A stretch of DNA of 64,000 nucleotides from an uncultured Gammaproteobacteria bacterium (GCA_964345045.1 CAYFPM010000002.1:140330-204329); one strand, 5' to 3'; numbered from the stretch's first letter, positions 1-9,462 are shown. Notes: a model not told the origin generated them from the letters alone. Made by a program: numbers and translations.

Positions 1-284
1 CAGAAAAACCAGTTATCCCAAAAAAATTAAAAGGTTATACTGTAGCAATGAAATTCTTTGCCCAAGAAGAAGGCACTTTGGCCAAAGTAACTGGGATCAA
101 AAAAATTCAAGAACTAAAATCTTTTAAAAGAATTTATATTCACAAAAACACCGGCGAGCAATGCCACTTTGCCAAAAACGGAGGCAGTAGCGTGTTTGAT
201 CTGGTAATGTTTAATCCCGATAGATCAAAACTCTTGGCAGACATAAGAAGAGTCGAAAAACTAGTTTCTATAGAAACCAAATAA
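1..284 (+). CDS. C-terminal part of a hypothetical protein whose reading frame is open to the window edge
   Basis: The frame is open from nt 3 with no upstream stop. The ORF ends with a stop at 284 and is followed by an intrinsic terminator. No recognisable family. Confidence 0.3.
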   Translation, partial: EKPVIPKKLKGYTVAMKFFAQEEGTLAKVTGIKKIQELKSFKRIYIHKNTGEQCHFAKNGGSSVFDLVMFNPDRSKLLADIRRVEKLVSIETK

Positions 285-287
285 ACT

Positions 288-320
288 AAAAATCCTCAGT
301 GCAAGACTGAGGATTTTTAG
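288..320. terminator. bidirectional rho-independent terminator
   Basis: Hairpin aatcctcagt/actgaggatt (5-nt loop gcaag) with an A-run before and a T-run after. It lies between convergent ORFs. Confidence 0.7.
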
Positions 321-379
321 TATTTGAGGAAGTCTGTTATGCCCCGTTCGAGACTTCTTCTGGTTGGGACTCGGCAAAG

Positions 380-670
380 CTAGGTGCAAGCTCCGTTGCA
401 GGTACAAGCGCCATCTCTCTTGTGCGGCTTGCACTGACCACAAGTGGGACAGTGGTAGTAGCCACATCCAAACCCATCATTGCCATGGGTACACTTCTTC
501 GCACTACGACTGTCGATGATGTGTCTGTAGTCGCCGCAACCACACTCCACCAACCACCATCTTTTGCCACAGCTAGTACACTTGCTAGCAGGGTAGCCAT
601 CAAGTATTCCATCGGAAACAGCGTCCCCACCACACTTACAAGTGTGAGGATACAAAAAGCTTGTTGTCAT
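380..670 (-). CDS. small cysteine-rich protein (96 aa, about 18 Cys, many CxC and CxxC pairs), unknown family
   Basis: ATG at 668-670 is preceded by AGGAGG at an 8-nt spacing. Translation is MTTSFLYPHTCKCGG...CPTCGQCKPHKRDGACTCNGACT. The local GC content is clearly higher than the flanks. Confidence 0.5.
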   Translation of the reverse strand: MTTSFLYPHTCKCGGDAVSDGILDGYPASKCTSCGKRWWLVECGCGDYRHIIDSRSAKKCTHGNDGFGCGYYHCPTCGQCKPHKRDGACTCNGACT

Positions 671-774
671 CCCCAATTCCTCCTACAAACACCAGTTAAC
701 CATTTAAAGAAATTCGTGTCAAACAAAAAACTGACCAAAAGTCAGTTTTAAAATTTAAAATTACAAATTTGAAA

Positions 775-1479
775 TTAAATTGCTGCTCTTATTTTCTTTT
801 CGTGTTTTCTTCCCACATAATGACCTTTGGCACTACAAACAGCCTCGTAGCTATGCGCTGGTCCTAACAAACATAGACCATATTCAAAAGATAAAATTTG
901 TTCCCTTATCTCTTCGGCCAATTCGGGGTGCTCTTGTTCGTCGTCGGCCATAGTACGCAGAGTGTCTAATCTTTTTTCAATATCATCCAATATTATTTGG
1001 AATTCAACCACTTTCTTTTCGTATCTCTGTCTATCACCGGTTACCACAGCTTGGGCAGCGTGATCCCTTACAGACTTGTTCATCTCTACCAGAGCCATGC
1101 ACAATTCGGTTCTCTCTTCTGGAGTAAAAAAAGAGGCTGGATTACCAGTATGCAAATCTCTAAGAGTTCCTCCATGAGCCAAAAATTCTTGATATCTATT
1201 GGCAATATTTTTGGTTAATTTGCCAAGCAAAAATTTTTCTCCGAGCTGTGCCTCGTATACATCCAAAAATTCTTCAAAAGCTTTTCTATATGGCCATAAC
1301 TTTTTACCAAATACAATTACTGTTTTATCTAATTCTTTAATTTCCAAATCAAAATTAGACCTTATTTGTTCTATAGCTTGGTCAATATCATCTACAATTT
1401 CTGCCGGAACCAAAGGCGGCACGTCTTTGCGTAACCTTTCAAATATCCAAAGGGTGTGTTGTACAATTGGAGTGTGCAT
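775..1479 (-). CDS. hypothetical protein (234 aa)
   Basis: Long ORF with AT-rich native-like composition. No recognised motifs. Confidence 0.5.
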   Translation of the reverse strand: MHTPIVQHTLWIFERLRKDVPPLVPAEIVDDIDQAIEQIRSNFDLEIKELDKTVIVFGKKLWPYRKAFEEFLDVYEAQLGEKFLLGKLTKNIANRYQEFLAHGGTLRDLHTGNPASFFTPEERTELCMALVEMNKSVRDHAAQAVVTGDRQRYEKKVVEFQIILDDIEKRLDTLRTMADDEQEHPELAEEIREQILSFEYGLCLLGPAHSYEAVCSAKGHYVGRKHEKKIRAAI

Positions 1480-1490
1480 ATTTTTAGTGT

Positions 1491-1561
1491 GTAGGCAGGA
1501 GGCAACAGGTAGTAGAAAATAAAAAAATACTATTGCCTAAATTCTACTGCCTCCTGCCTAC
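1491..1561. repeat. intergenic palindromic element gtaggcaggaggca ... tgcctcctgcctac (family member a)
   Basis: Perfect 14-nt inverted repeat flanking an A/T spacer that contains tactattgcc. Related copies occur at 13346, 17741, 20744 and 36487. Confidence 0.6.
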
Positions 1562-1577
1562 AAAGTATACCAAAAAT

Positions 1578-2042
1578 CTACTTATCTAACGAATATCTAA
1601 TGCGTTCCATAGCAATACCAGCCGCTACGCTTACGTTTAGACTCTTTTTTTGTCCAAGCATAGGAATATGTACCACCTTGTCACACATCTGCAAAACTTT
1701 TTTGTCTACTCCTTCTACCTCGTTGCCCACTACCAAAGCAACCGGCTTTTTAAATTCTACTGAATTTATCTCTACGCTGTTTTCACTTTTTTCGAGAGCC
1801 ACTATTTCAAAACCTTGCTTTCGCAGTTTTTCCAAGACCGGTTTTGTATACTTTTTCTTCTCCCAAGGGATCCATTGTTCTGCTCCCAAAGAAACTTTGT
1901 CTATCTGAGGTTTGGGGGGCGAAGCAGTGTAGCCTAGTAAATAAAGTTTATCAACACCAAAAGCATCGGCAGTCCGAAACATGGCACCTACATTGTGAGC
2001 CGATCTAATATTTGGCAAGATTAAACAAAAATCTTCTTTCAT
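1578..2042 (-). CDS. SpoU/TrmH-family RNA 2'-O-methyltransferase (SPOUT)
   Basis: Motifs ILPNIRSAHNVGAMFRTADAFGV, LVVGNEVEGV and VHIPMLGQKKSLNVSVAAGIAM. Start chosen at MKEDF. The longer ORF to 2102 adds a hydrophobic extension that is probably spurious. Confidence 0.7.
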   Translation of the reverse strand: MKEDFCLILPNIRSAHNVGAMFRTADAFGVDKLYLLGYTASPPKPQIDKVSLGAEQWIPWEKKKYTKPVLEKLRKQGFEIVALEKSENSVEINSVEFKKPVALVVGNEVEGVDKKVLQMCDKVVHIPMLGQKKSLNVSVAAGIAMERIRYSLDK

Positions 2043-2148
2043 AATATCTAATATTAACCATACCAAAGCACAAAAAGCAAGTAAGAACCCATAAAAAAAC
2101 AAGAGACTCTAATCTCTTGTTTTTTATTTCTTATAAAAGTTCTTCTAG

Positions 2149-3531
2149 CTAATTGTCTATCTTTTGCATTTGTTTCACTTCTTTTATCTTTTTCACTGCC
2201 GGTTTTTTCTCATTAATTTTTTTGGCCTTTTCTCTAGCATCTTCCAATTTCTTTTTGTCTGCTTCGCGTTTGTTCTCTACTTTCTTTTTTGCTCTTTCCA
2301 AAGCCTTTTTGGCAGCTTCTTTTTTATCCTCATCTTCTATATTTTCTAGTTTGTTTTTAGCTCTTTCTATAGTTTTTTGTTTTACTTCAGCCTTATTTTC
2401 TATAACTTTTTTCTTAAGCTCTGTTTTGTTTTCTATATCTAGACCTCGTTCTTTTATTTCTGATTTTACTTCTTTTTTGATCTTATTTTTTATAACTCTT
2501 TCTTTTACATTTTCCTTACGGTTTTCTTTTCTTTCTTCATTTACCTTTTTCAATTTGTCGGTGGTAGCGTTCAAAATTCTCAAACGCTTTTTGGCCTCTT
2601 CATCTCCTTCGGCAGCTCTTTCTTGCAAATTTTCTTTTTTGGCACGGTATTCTACTCTAATTTCGTGAACTCTTTCTTTTTTCTTATCTCTCAATTCTTG
2701 TAATTCTTCTCTGGCACTTTCGTCTCCTTCTTTGGCTGCTTGCAGTAGAGTATTTCTTTTTTCTCTATACTCTTTTACAGCTTCGGCGTGTTTTTCTACT
2801 CTTGTCTTTACATCTTGCAAATGTTCTCTAACTCTTTCTGGAACATTTTCATTATCAATGGCATTTAGCAACCGACGAGCTCTTTCTTTTTGATTATCAC
2901 GAAGTTGTTCAAATCTTTCTCTTTTTTCTTCTGGCAAACGGTCTTCTACTTTGTCCAAAATTCTCTCACGTCTTACCTGGTGGGTAGCAATATTTTTTAT
3001 CAATCTCTCAACTCTTTCACCACCATTTTCCAAAAAATCATCTTTCCTTTCTTCTACTCTGGCCATAAATTGGTTGGCTCTCTCTATCATGGCTTCGGCT
3101 CGCTCTTGCATAGCCGGGTTATCAATTTTTTCAGAAAGTTTTTCTGCAATTTTAATTCTTTCTTCGGCAAATTTTATTTGTTTTTCTGCTTTTTTGACTG
3201 GATCAAAAGTTACAGCCAAACTAACTCTTTCTCTTACATTTCTCCAAAATAATCCAAACCCAGATGGAGCTGTTTCTACTTCTTCTATTTCCAAACCTTC
3301 TAATTCTTCTTCACCAATTTCTTCTTCCAATTCCTCTTCTATCTCTGCTGCCGCTGCATCATCTTCTGCTATTGCAACAACTTCTACTTCTGCAGTTGTT
3401 TCTACTTCGAGAGAAGTCTCGTCTGTTTCTGTTTGTGCCAAAGCTGGAGCAACAAACAACAATGAGATAATAAATGCTACTACCATAAGTAGCCAAAAAT
3501 TCTTCAAACTCTGCGTCATATTTTTATACAT
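2149..3531 (-). CDS. secreted K/E-rich coiled-coil protein (signal peptide plus long charged low-complexity region)
   Basis: N-terminus MTQSLKNFWLLMVVAFIISLLFVAPALA, followed by E/K/R-rich heptad-like sequence over about 400 aa. Confidence 0.55.
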   Translation of the reverse strand: MYKNMTQSLKNFWLLMVVAFIISLLFVAPALAQTETDETSLEVETTAEVEVVAIAEDDAAAAEIEEELEEEIGEEELEGLEIEEVETAPSGFGLFWRNVRERVSLAVTFDPVKKAEKQIKFAEERIKIAEKLSEKIDNPAMQERAEAMIERANQFMARVEERKDDFLENGGERVERLIKNIATHQVRRERILDKVEDRLPEEKRERFEQLRDNQKERARRLLNAIDNENVPERVREHLQDVKTRVEKHAEAVKEYREKRNTLLQAAKEGDESAREELQELRDKKKERVHEIRVEYRAKKENLQERAAEGDEEAKKRLRILNATTDKLKKVNEERKENRKENVKERVIKNKIKKEVKSEIKERGLDIENKTELKKKVIENKAEVKQKTIERAKNKLENIEDEDKKEAAKKALERAKKKVENKREADKKKLEDAREKAKKINEKKPAVKKIKEVKQMQKIDN

Positions 3532-3578
3532 TAATAATATATATACATTATAATACTTTTACGCAAATCAAGAAAGAA

Positions 3579-3607
3579 TTGACCATAAAAGACTTGTGTC
3601 GTAAAAT
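3579..3607 (+). promoter_or_regulatory. sigma70-like promoter (TTGACC-17-TAAAAT) driving leaderless xerD
   Basis: TTGACC at 3579-3584, a 17-nt spacer and TAAAAT at 3602-3607. ATG at 3614 sits at the expected transcription start. Confidence 0.5.
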
Positions 3608-4588
3608 ATGTACATGAAACTATCAAAATATCTCCGTCAATTCCTAGAGTATCTAGAGATTGAAAAAAATCGTAGCCACAAAACCATTGAAAACTATAAT
3701 TTTTATCTTAGTCGCTTTTTGGATTGGTTTGGAGACAAAGATCCAGGAAAAATCGATATTGAATCAGTCCGCCAATATAGATTATGGTTGAATAGACTAA
3801 TTGATGTACACGGAGAACCTCTAAAGAAAAATACTCAAAATTATCACCTAATTGCGCTTCGATCATTTTTGAAATATCTAACAAAACAAGATGTAAAAAC
3901 CATGGCTCCAGAAAAAATTGAGTTAATGAAAATGCCAGACAGAGAAGTCACCTTTCTCGAAGGAAGTGATTTGAATAGAATCTTGGAAGCCCCCTTGATT
4001 GTTTACAAAGATGCTACAGCCGGTCAAATCCAGGCAAAATATCGCGACAAAGCCATCTTGGAATTACTATTCTCCACAGGCTTGCGTGTATCGGAATTGG
4101 CTAATTTGAAAAAAGAAAATGTTAATCTAAAGAAAGATGAGTTTACAGTAACAGGAAAAGGAAGGAAATCTCGAGTAGTCTTTTTGTCCGAACAATCCAG
4201 GTACTGGTTAAAAAAATATTTAGAATCTAGAAAGGATCTTAACCCTTATTTATTTATTTCTCACGACAAAAGAAGCAAACACGAACGTGGGGTAAAAAAA
4301 TCAGGAGGCAAAATGCAATCGGATGAACAACCCATAACATCAAGATCTATCCAAAGACTAGTAAAAAAATATGCCAAAGCAGCTGGTATCACCAAACCGG
4401 TTACTCCACACACATTGCGTCACTCTTATGCTACCGATCTACTCCAAAACGGAGCCGATATCCGCAGTGTTCAAACTATGCTTGGCCACTCTTCTATCAC
4501 CACTACCCAGATTTATACCCACATTACAGACAAAGAGCTAAGAAATATTCACAAAAAATTTCATGGTAAAAAAAGAGACGAAGATTGA
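3608..4588 (+). CDS. xerD: tyrosine site-specific recombinase XerC/XerD family
   Basis: N-terminal SAM-like domain (ENYNFYLSRFLDWF) and C-terminal catalytic motifs LRHSYATDLL and GHSSITTTQIYTH (R..HxxR..Y). The likely leaderless start is at 3614. Confidence 0.8.
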   Translation: MYMKLSKYLRQFLEYLEIEKNRSHKTIENYNFYLSRFLDWFGDKDPGKIDIESVRQYRLWLNRLIDVHGEPLKKNTQNYHLIALRSFLKYLTKQDVKTMAPEKIELMKMPDREVTFLEGSDLNRILEAPLIVYKDATAGQIQAKYRDKAILELLFSTGLRVSELANLKKENVNLKKDEFTVTGKGRKSRVVFLSEQSRYWLKKYLESRKDLNPYLFISHDKRSKHERGVKKSGGKMQSDEQPITSRSIQRLVKKYAKAAGITKPVTPHTLRHSYATDLLQNGADIRSVQTMLGHSSITTTQIYTHITDKELRNIHKKFHGKKRDED

Positions 4589-4616
4589 CAAAAGTCCTGT
4601 TTTGCATTAAAATGCT

Positions 4617-4688
4617 CTCATCTACGGGCCTGTAGTTAAATGGATATAACAGAAGCCTTCTAAGCTTCGGTTCGAGGTTCGATTCCTC
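4617..4688 (+). tRNA. tRNA-Arg (anticodon TCT)
   Basis: Cloverleaf folded by hand. Acceptor GGGCCTG/CGGGCCC, D-arm GTTA/TAAC, anticodon stem GAAGC/GCTTC with loop CTTCTAA, T-arm CGAGG-TTCGATT-CCTCG, discriminator A. No encoded CCA. Confidence 0.75.
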
Positions 4689-4710
4689 GCGGGCCCACAA
4701 AAGGGATGCC

Positions 4711-4733
4711 CTTCTCAAAAAGAGCCTACTAGG
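4711..4733 (+). terminator. intrinsic terminator after tRNA-Arg
   Basis: Hairpin agcct-act-aggct followed by a T7 run. Confidence 0.6.
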
Positions 4734-4846
4734 CTTTTTTTGTTATCTATCTTTTCTGGTTTCTCTGGCATCTATATCTCCAAATACCGTTTGACCAACC
4801 CAAAACCTAGTGCTAGGATAAACCTATACTCATATAATTTGTACAT

Positions 4847-5587
4847 ATGTTTGAAACTCTCATAACTCTAGTGGTGATTGTACTACTAGTTTCTATCCGC
4901 CAGGTCAACCAGTACCAACGCGGTGTAAAATTTCAACTGGGCAAATTCACAAAGGTCGTTGAGCCGGGCTGGCGTATAATTGTGCCGGTTTTCCAAAGCA
5001 TGACCAAGGTAGACATTCGTACCAAGGCTGTAGATGTCCCTTTTCAAGAAGCCATTACCAAAGACAATGTATCGGCCAAAATTAACGCTGTAATTTATTA
5101 CAAAGTAAATGATTCGGCCAGAGCAATTTTAGAAGTAGAAAACTTCTTGTTTGCTATGAACCAACTAGCTCAAACCACTATGAGAAATGTAGTTGGAGAG
5201 TTGGAATTAGATGAACTATTGGCCAACCGCGAACAAGCAGCAAAAAGAATTAAAGAAATCGTAGATTCTGCTTCTGATCCTTGGGGTATAAAAGTAGAAG
5301 GAGTAGAACTAAAAGACGTAATTCTACCAGACGATATGCAACGGGTAATTGCCAAGCAAGCAGAGGCCGAAAGAGAAAGAAGAGCTGTAGTCATAAAATC
5401 CGAGGGAGAAGTAACTGCTGCTAGTAACCTAGCCAAAGCCGCAGGGATGCTCCACGAACAAACCGGCGCTTTGCACCTAAGAACCTTAAATACTCTAAAC
5501 GATCTTAGTTCTGATCAATCAAATACTGTTATCTTTGCCATGCCTCTTGAAATATTAAGAGCTTTTGAAAGAGTCAGTACCAAATAA
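4847..5587 (+). CDS. SPFH/band-7 (stomatin-like) membrane protein
   Basis: N-terminal TM segment followed by an SPFH-like core (QYQRGVKFQLGKF..., coiled-coil AKQAEAERERRA). Confidence 0.7.
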   Translation: MFETLITLVVIVLLVSIRQVNQYQRGVKFQLGKFTKVVEPGWRIIVPVFQSMTKVDIRTKAVDVPFQEAITKDNVSAKINAVIYYKVNDSARAILEVENFLFAMNQLAQTTMRNVVGELELDELLANREQAAKRIKEIVDSASDPWGIKVEGVELKDVILPDDMQRVIAKQAEAERERRAVVIKSEGEVTAASNLAKAAGMLHEQTGALHLRTLNTLNDLSSDQSNTVIFAMPLEILRAFERVSTK

Positions 5588-5682
5588 CTACCCAAACAAA
5601 CTCAAAGCCCTGGTTGACAATCAGGGCTTTTTGATATATAATCTCATCGCTAACTATAAAAAATTATATAAGTCCCTAGTGG

Positions 5683-5758
5683 GGTGGCCATGGTATAATG
5701 GTTATTACTTCGGGTTGTGGTCCCGACAATACGGGTTCAATTCCCGTTGGCCACCCCA
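5683..5758 (+). tRNA. tRNA-His (anticodon GTG) with encoded G-1 and 3' CCA
   Basis: Acceptor GTGGCCA/TGGCCAC with an extra 5' G opposite discriminator C. Anticodon stem TCGGG/CCCGA with loop TTGTGGT. T-arm ACGGG-TTCAATT-CCCGT. CCA is encoded. Confidence 0.75.
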
Positions 5759-5780
5759 GTGGGGATCTGTAAAATATAAA

Positions 5781-5810
5781 AAAATCACTCTCTTTGGGAG
5801 TGATTTTTTA
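5781..5810 (+). terminator. intrinsic terminator after tRNA-His
   Basis: Hairpin atcactc-tctttgg-gagtgat followed by a T-run. Confidence 0.65.
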
Positions 5811-5852
5811 CTTTACCAAGCCAGCTATTTGGACTAAAATATAGATAATTTC

Positions 5853-7421
5853 ATGAGAACTAATATGAATACTTTATTCAATAATAAAATAATAAAAGGA
5901 TTAGTCTTGCTACTAATAGTCGCTTGGTATGCTCTTCTTTTGATAAGACCAGTTGAAATAGCCAGTGGGGATCTGGGCAGACATTTAAAAAACGGCGAAA
6001 TAATTCTAGATATTATAGAAGGAGCAGACAAAAAAGCTATTTTTTCTAGTAATTTTTACTCCTATACTCATCCTGATCATCCTTTTGTAAATCATCATTG
6101 GGGTAGTGGCCTGATTTTTTATATCATCTATCAATCTTTTGGTTTTTTGGGTCTACAAACTTTTTTTATTTTGCTAAGCATAACCACCTTGGCTATTTTT
6201 TTTAGAATTTCTCAAAAAGAAAGTAATTTTTGGATAGCAGCTTCTTATCTTATATTTTTAATGCCTTTACTAGCAGAACGTCGACAAATAAGACCCGAAA
6301 CTTTTAGTTACCTATTTTTGGCTATTTATATTTTTATTTTACTAAAATACAAAAATTCTAAGCAACGTAGACTTTTGTATGCCTTGCCCCCCATTATGTT
6401 ACTTTGGGTTAATACTCATATTTTCTTTGTTTTTGGTTTTTTCTTAATTGTGGTGTTTTTACTAGAATCAATTTGGCAAAAAGAAACTGTAAACAAAAAA
6501 AACTTTTTAATAACTTTGTTTGCTGCTGGTGTGGCCAGTCTATTTAACCCCTTACGTTTACAAACTATTTTTTACCCTTTTAAAATTTTTAATAATTTGG
6601 GATTAAAAATAAAGGAGACTCTTTCTATAAAAGAAGCTGCTGGGACAGTTGTCCCAATGGATAGGATTTTTGTATTTGTTTTTAGCCTGGTTCTTTTTTA
6701 TATAATTTTGTTTATACTTCTAAAAAAGAAAAACTTTTCCAAAATCAAGCCAAGACTAATGCTTGTCCTAATCACTACGATCTTTGCCCTGCTAGCTTAT
6801 AAAATGATCCGTAATCTAACCTTGTATGCTTTATTTGTTTTGCCAATTCTTTCCTACCTTTCGTATGGATTAATCGAAACCTACAAAAACAAATTTAATA
6901 AAGAAAAAATGGCTCTCTATCTTTTTGCATTCTTTCTGCTTGTCACTATTTTTGTAAACAAAACCAGAATTCCAAATGCAATAGAAGGCCTTGGATACAA
7001 TTTGCCAGAGGGTAGCCAGGCTGCCGGGGAATTTGTTGCTGAAAATAATATAAAAGGACCCCTCTTTAACGACTTTGACAGTGGCAGCTATGTAATATAT
7101 CATCTTTACCCTAGGCTAAAACCATTTGTAGACAATCGCCCAGAGGCCTATCCTAGCCAATTTTTTAGAGATACCTATATACCACTTAGAAACGATATAA
7201 AAATGTGGAAAGAAACAGATGCCGAATACAATTTCAATGTAGTGTTACTATCTCTAAAAGATAAGTCCAGACCAAATGCTAGATTTGTTGGTTATTTTTT
7301 GGATAATAAAGATTGGACTACAATTTTTGCCAATGACAAACATATAGTTTTTGTAAAAAATAATGAAGGGAACAAAAGTATAATAGAAAAATTTTCTCTC
7401 GACAAATATGAATCTGAATAA
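5853..7421 (+). CDS. polytopic membrane protein, possibly a GT-C-type glycosyltransferase or mannosyltransferase-like protein
   Basis: 522 aa with more than 10 predicted TM helices in the N-terminal two thirds and a C-terminal soluble domain. The family is not resolved. Confidence 0.45.
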   Translation: MRTNMNTLFNNKIIKGLVLLLIVAWYALLLIRPVEIASGDLGRHLKNGEIILDIIEGADKKAIFSSNFYSYTHPDHPFVNHHWGSGLIFYIIYQSFGFLGLQTFFILLSITTLAIFFRISQKESNFWIAASYLIFLMPLLAERRQIRPETFSYLFLAIYIFILLKYKNSKQRRLLYALPPIMLLWVNTHIFFVFGFFLIVVFLLESIWQKETVNKKNFLITLFAAGVASLFNPLRLQTIFYPFKIFNNLGLKIKETLSIKEAAGTVVPMDRIFVFVFSLVLFYIILFILLKKKNFSKIKPRLMLVLITTIFALLAYKMIRNLTLYALFVLPILSYLSYGLIETYKNKFNKEKMALYLFAFFLLVTIFVNKTRIPNAIEGLGYNLPEGSQAAGEFVAENNIKGPLFNDFDSGSYVIYHLYPRLKPFVDNRPEAYPSQFFRDTYIPLRNDIKMWKETDAEYNFNVVLLSLKDKSRPNARFVGYFLDNKDWTTIFANDKHIVFVKNNEGNKSIIEKFSLDKYESE

Positions 7422-8514
7422 TAAAAAAGTGCTAATTGTATCTGTAGCTGCTGGGGCAGGGCATGTTCGAGCTGCCGAAGCTATGAAAAAACAATTAGAG
7501 TCAGACCACCCAGATTGGAATGTCTCTCACATAGATATGCTCGATTATATTAGCTTGGCTTCTAAAAAACTTTTTTTTGATTCATACAATCTAATTATTT
7601 CAGAAATCCCCAAAATGTGGGGCGTATTATACAATTCTATAGATGTTCCAAAAAGAAGAAAACAATTTGACAAAATGACCAATGTTTTCAAAAAAATTGA
7701 AAAAAATAAGTTTACAAAAGCTATAGAAAATTTTGATCCGGATTATATAATCTGTACTCATTTTACTCCCCCGGGGATAATCGGCGACAGTTATAAAAAC
7801 AAAATGGGAATAATTGTAACAGATTATTATTTACACGAACTATGGTTTTATAAACCAGATTGTGACTACTTTGTATCTACCGGCAAAATGGCCTGGAAAC
7901 TAAAAAACTACGGCGTAAACGACAAAAATATTCATATTACCACTATCCCTATTAGTTCTTGTTTTGGAGAAGAAAAGAATGTAAACAAACTAAAAGAAAA
8001 ATATAATATAGACAATAATAAAAAAAATATTTTAGTCTTGTCTGGTGGTCATGGCCTAGGCAATACTCCTGAAATAGTTAGCAATCTTTGTCTAAGCCAA
8101 GAGAATTTAAATATTTTTGCTATAGCTGGCAAAAGTGAAAAATTAAAAAGAAAATTAGAAAAAATAAAAACCCCAGAAAATATACAATTAAACCCTATTG
8201 GTTGGACAGATAGTATCGATGAATATATGAGAATATCTGATTTGATAATTACCAAACCCGGAGGGCTAACTGTAAGTGAAGTTATTTATTTGCAAAAACC
8301 AATTATTGCTATCAATCCTATCCCTGGCCAAGAAGAAAGAAATATAGAATATATGCTAGAAAAAGATTATGGCAAACAGGCTCATACAGCAGCCGATCTT
8401 TTGTACTACATCCAAAAAAATCCCACAGAGCTAGCTCCGGGGTATAATTTGATAAAAAAAGAACAGCCTACGGCTGCCCAAAAAATTTCTCAGAAATTAA
8501 TTAAAAAAATATAA
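7408..8514 (+). CDS. GT28 MGDG-synthase/UgtP-like diacylglycerol glycosyltransferase
   Basis: N-terminus VLIVSVAAGAGHVRAAEAM resembles the MGDG_synth N-terminal motif. C-terminal GT-B region with ITKPGGLTVSE. Confidence 0.6.
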   Translation: MNLNNKKVLIVSVAAGAGHVRAAEAMKKQLESDHPDWNVSHIDMLDYISLASKKLFFDSYNLIISEIPKMWGVLYNSIDVPKRRKQFDKMTNVFKKIEKNKFTKAIENFDPDYIICTHFTPPGIIGDSYKNKMGIIVTDYYLHELWFYKPDCDYFVSTGKMAWKLKNYGVNDKNIHITTIPISSCFGEEKNVNKLKEKYNIDNNKKNILVLSGGHGLGNTPEIVSNLCLSQENLNIFAIAGKSEKLKRKLEKIKTPENIQLNPIGWTDSIDEYMRISDLIITKPGGLTVSEVIYLQKPIIAINPIPGQEERNIEYMLEKDYGKQAHTAADLLYYIQKNPTELAPGYNLIKKEQPTAAQKISQKLIKKI

Positions 8515-8516
8515 AG

Positions 8517-9011
8517 TTACCGATTACACACGGCAGGATCACTAAAGTTACCATTGGCACAAGGGTTGTATTCTTCTGTGTCGGAGTAATGGAAAAAACC
8601 TTCTTCCGGCTCTCCTACAGATCTTCTAACCGTTCTATCTACAAATATCAATATAGAATAGGCACTAGCAGCTACCAAAACTCCAATCACAGCCGTACGC
8701 AAAGTCTTTTTGCCTTTTTCTACTTTTTGTTCGTCTCCACCAGAAGTTAAGATAAGATAACCGGCATACACAGTATAACCAATAAATAGAATTCCAATAA
8801 AACCAAGTAAGCGACGAATAATCTGGGCAGCAACCAATCTAGGATCTTCTGCTATGCCAAAATCGGCTCCTCTATTTCCAGCAAAGGCTCCGGTTTGTTG
8901 ATTCAAATCTTCGGCAAAGCTGGCCGCATTTACAAAATCCGAAGTTGCTAAAAAAAACAAACCAGCCAAAGCAAAGCTAAACAATAATATTTTTTTCTTT
9001 TTGCTAAACAT
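8517..9011 (-). CDS. pilin-like secreted protein, TrbC/VirB2-like two-helix core (paralog 1) with a short Cys-containing C-terminal tail
   Basis: Signal peptide. Core LLGFIGILFIGYTVYAGYLILTSGGDEQKVEKGKKTLRTAVIGVLVAASAYSI. Tail ends ...NPCANGNFSDPAVCNR. Confidence 0.6.
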   Translation of the reverse strand: MFSKKKKILLFSFALAGLFFLATSDFVNAASFAEDLNQQTGAFAGNRGADFGIAEDPRLVAAQIIRRLLGFIGILFIGYTVYAGYLILTSGGDEQKVEKGKKTLRTAVIGVLVAASAYSILIFVDRTVRRSVGEPEEGFFHYSDTEEYNPCANGNFSDPAVCNR

Positions 9012-9016
9012 AGTTA

Positions 9017-9460
9017 TTAGGGATTCGATCTATTTTGTTCCAAAGCTTCTCTCACGGCTTCTCTAGGATTTTGCTTTTGCAAAGAACCTTGCACCGCGCT
9101 ACTTATAAACCTAGTAATAGAGTAAGCCAAAAGAACTATAATAAGACCAATTATGGCTCCGCGTACAGTTTTGGTGGCTTTTTCTACCTTACTTTCGTCT
9201 CCACGAGAGGTAATATACCAATAGCCGGCCATAAGTACCAAAACTATAAAAAAAGTTCCTACAAAGCCAAGTAAGACTTGTACAATCTCGGCAATGATTA
9301 TCCTAGGGTCAGCCGCACCTCCAAAACCGGCTCTATTGGCTCCGGCTGTAATCTGACTACCGACTTGGCTACCCAAATCTCCTGCCATAGCTGGAGAAAA
9401 GAAAAACAAAGAAAGTGATAAAGAAAAAAACAAAACCAAAATCACTAATTTATTACGCAT
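9017..9460 (-). CDS. pilin-like secreted protein, TrbC/VirB2-like core (paralog 2)
   Basis: Signal peptide. Core LLGFVGTFFIVLVLMAGYWYITSRGDESKVEKATKTVRGAIIGLIIVLLAYSI. Confidence 0.6.
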   Translation of the reverse strand: MRNKLVILVLFFSLSLSLFFFSPAMAGDLGSQVGSQITAGANRAGFGGAADPRIIIAEIVQVLLGFVGTFFIVLVLMAGYWYITSRGDESKVEKATKTVRGAIIGLIIVLLAYSITRFISSAVQGSLQKQNPREAVREALEQNRSNP

Positions 9461-9462
9461 AC

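Noticed and set aside
422-751. Plus-strand 109-aa ORF antisense to the Cys-rich gene
   Set aside because: It has no RBS and spans the terminator-proximal region. The minus-strand frame has a consensus AGGAGG and a coherent Cys pattern.
2153-3553. Plus-strand ORFs (171, 200 and 120 aa) of F/S/L-rich low-complexity sequence
   Set aside because: They are mirror-image artefacts of the K/E-rich minus-strand gene (GAA/AAA codons read antisense).
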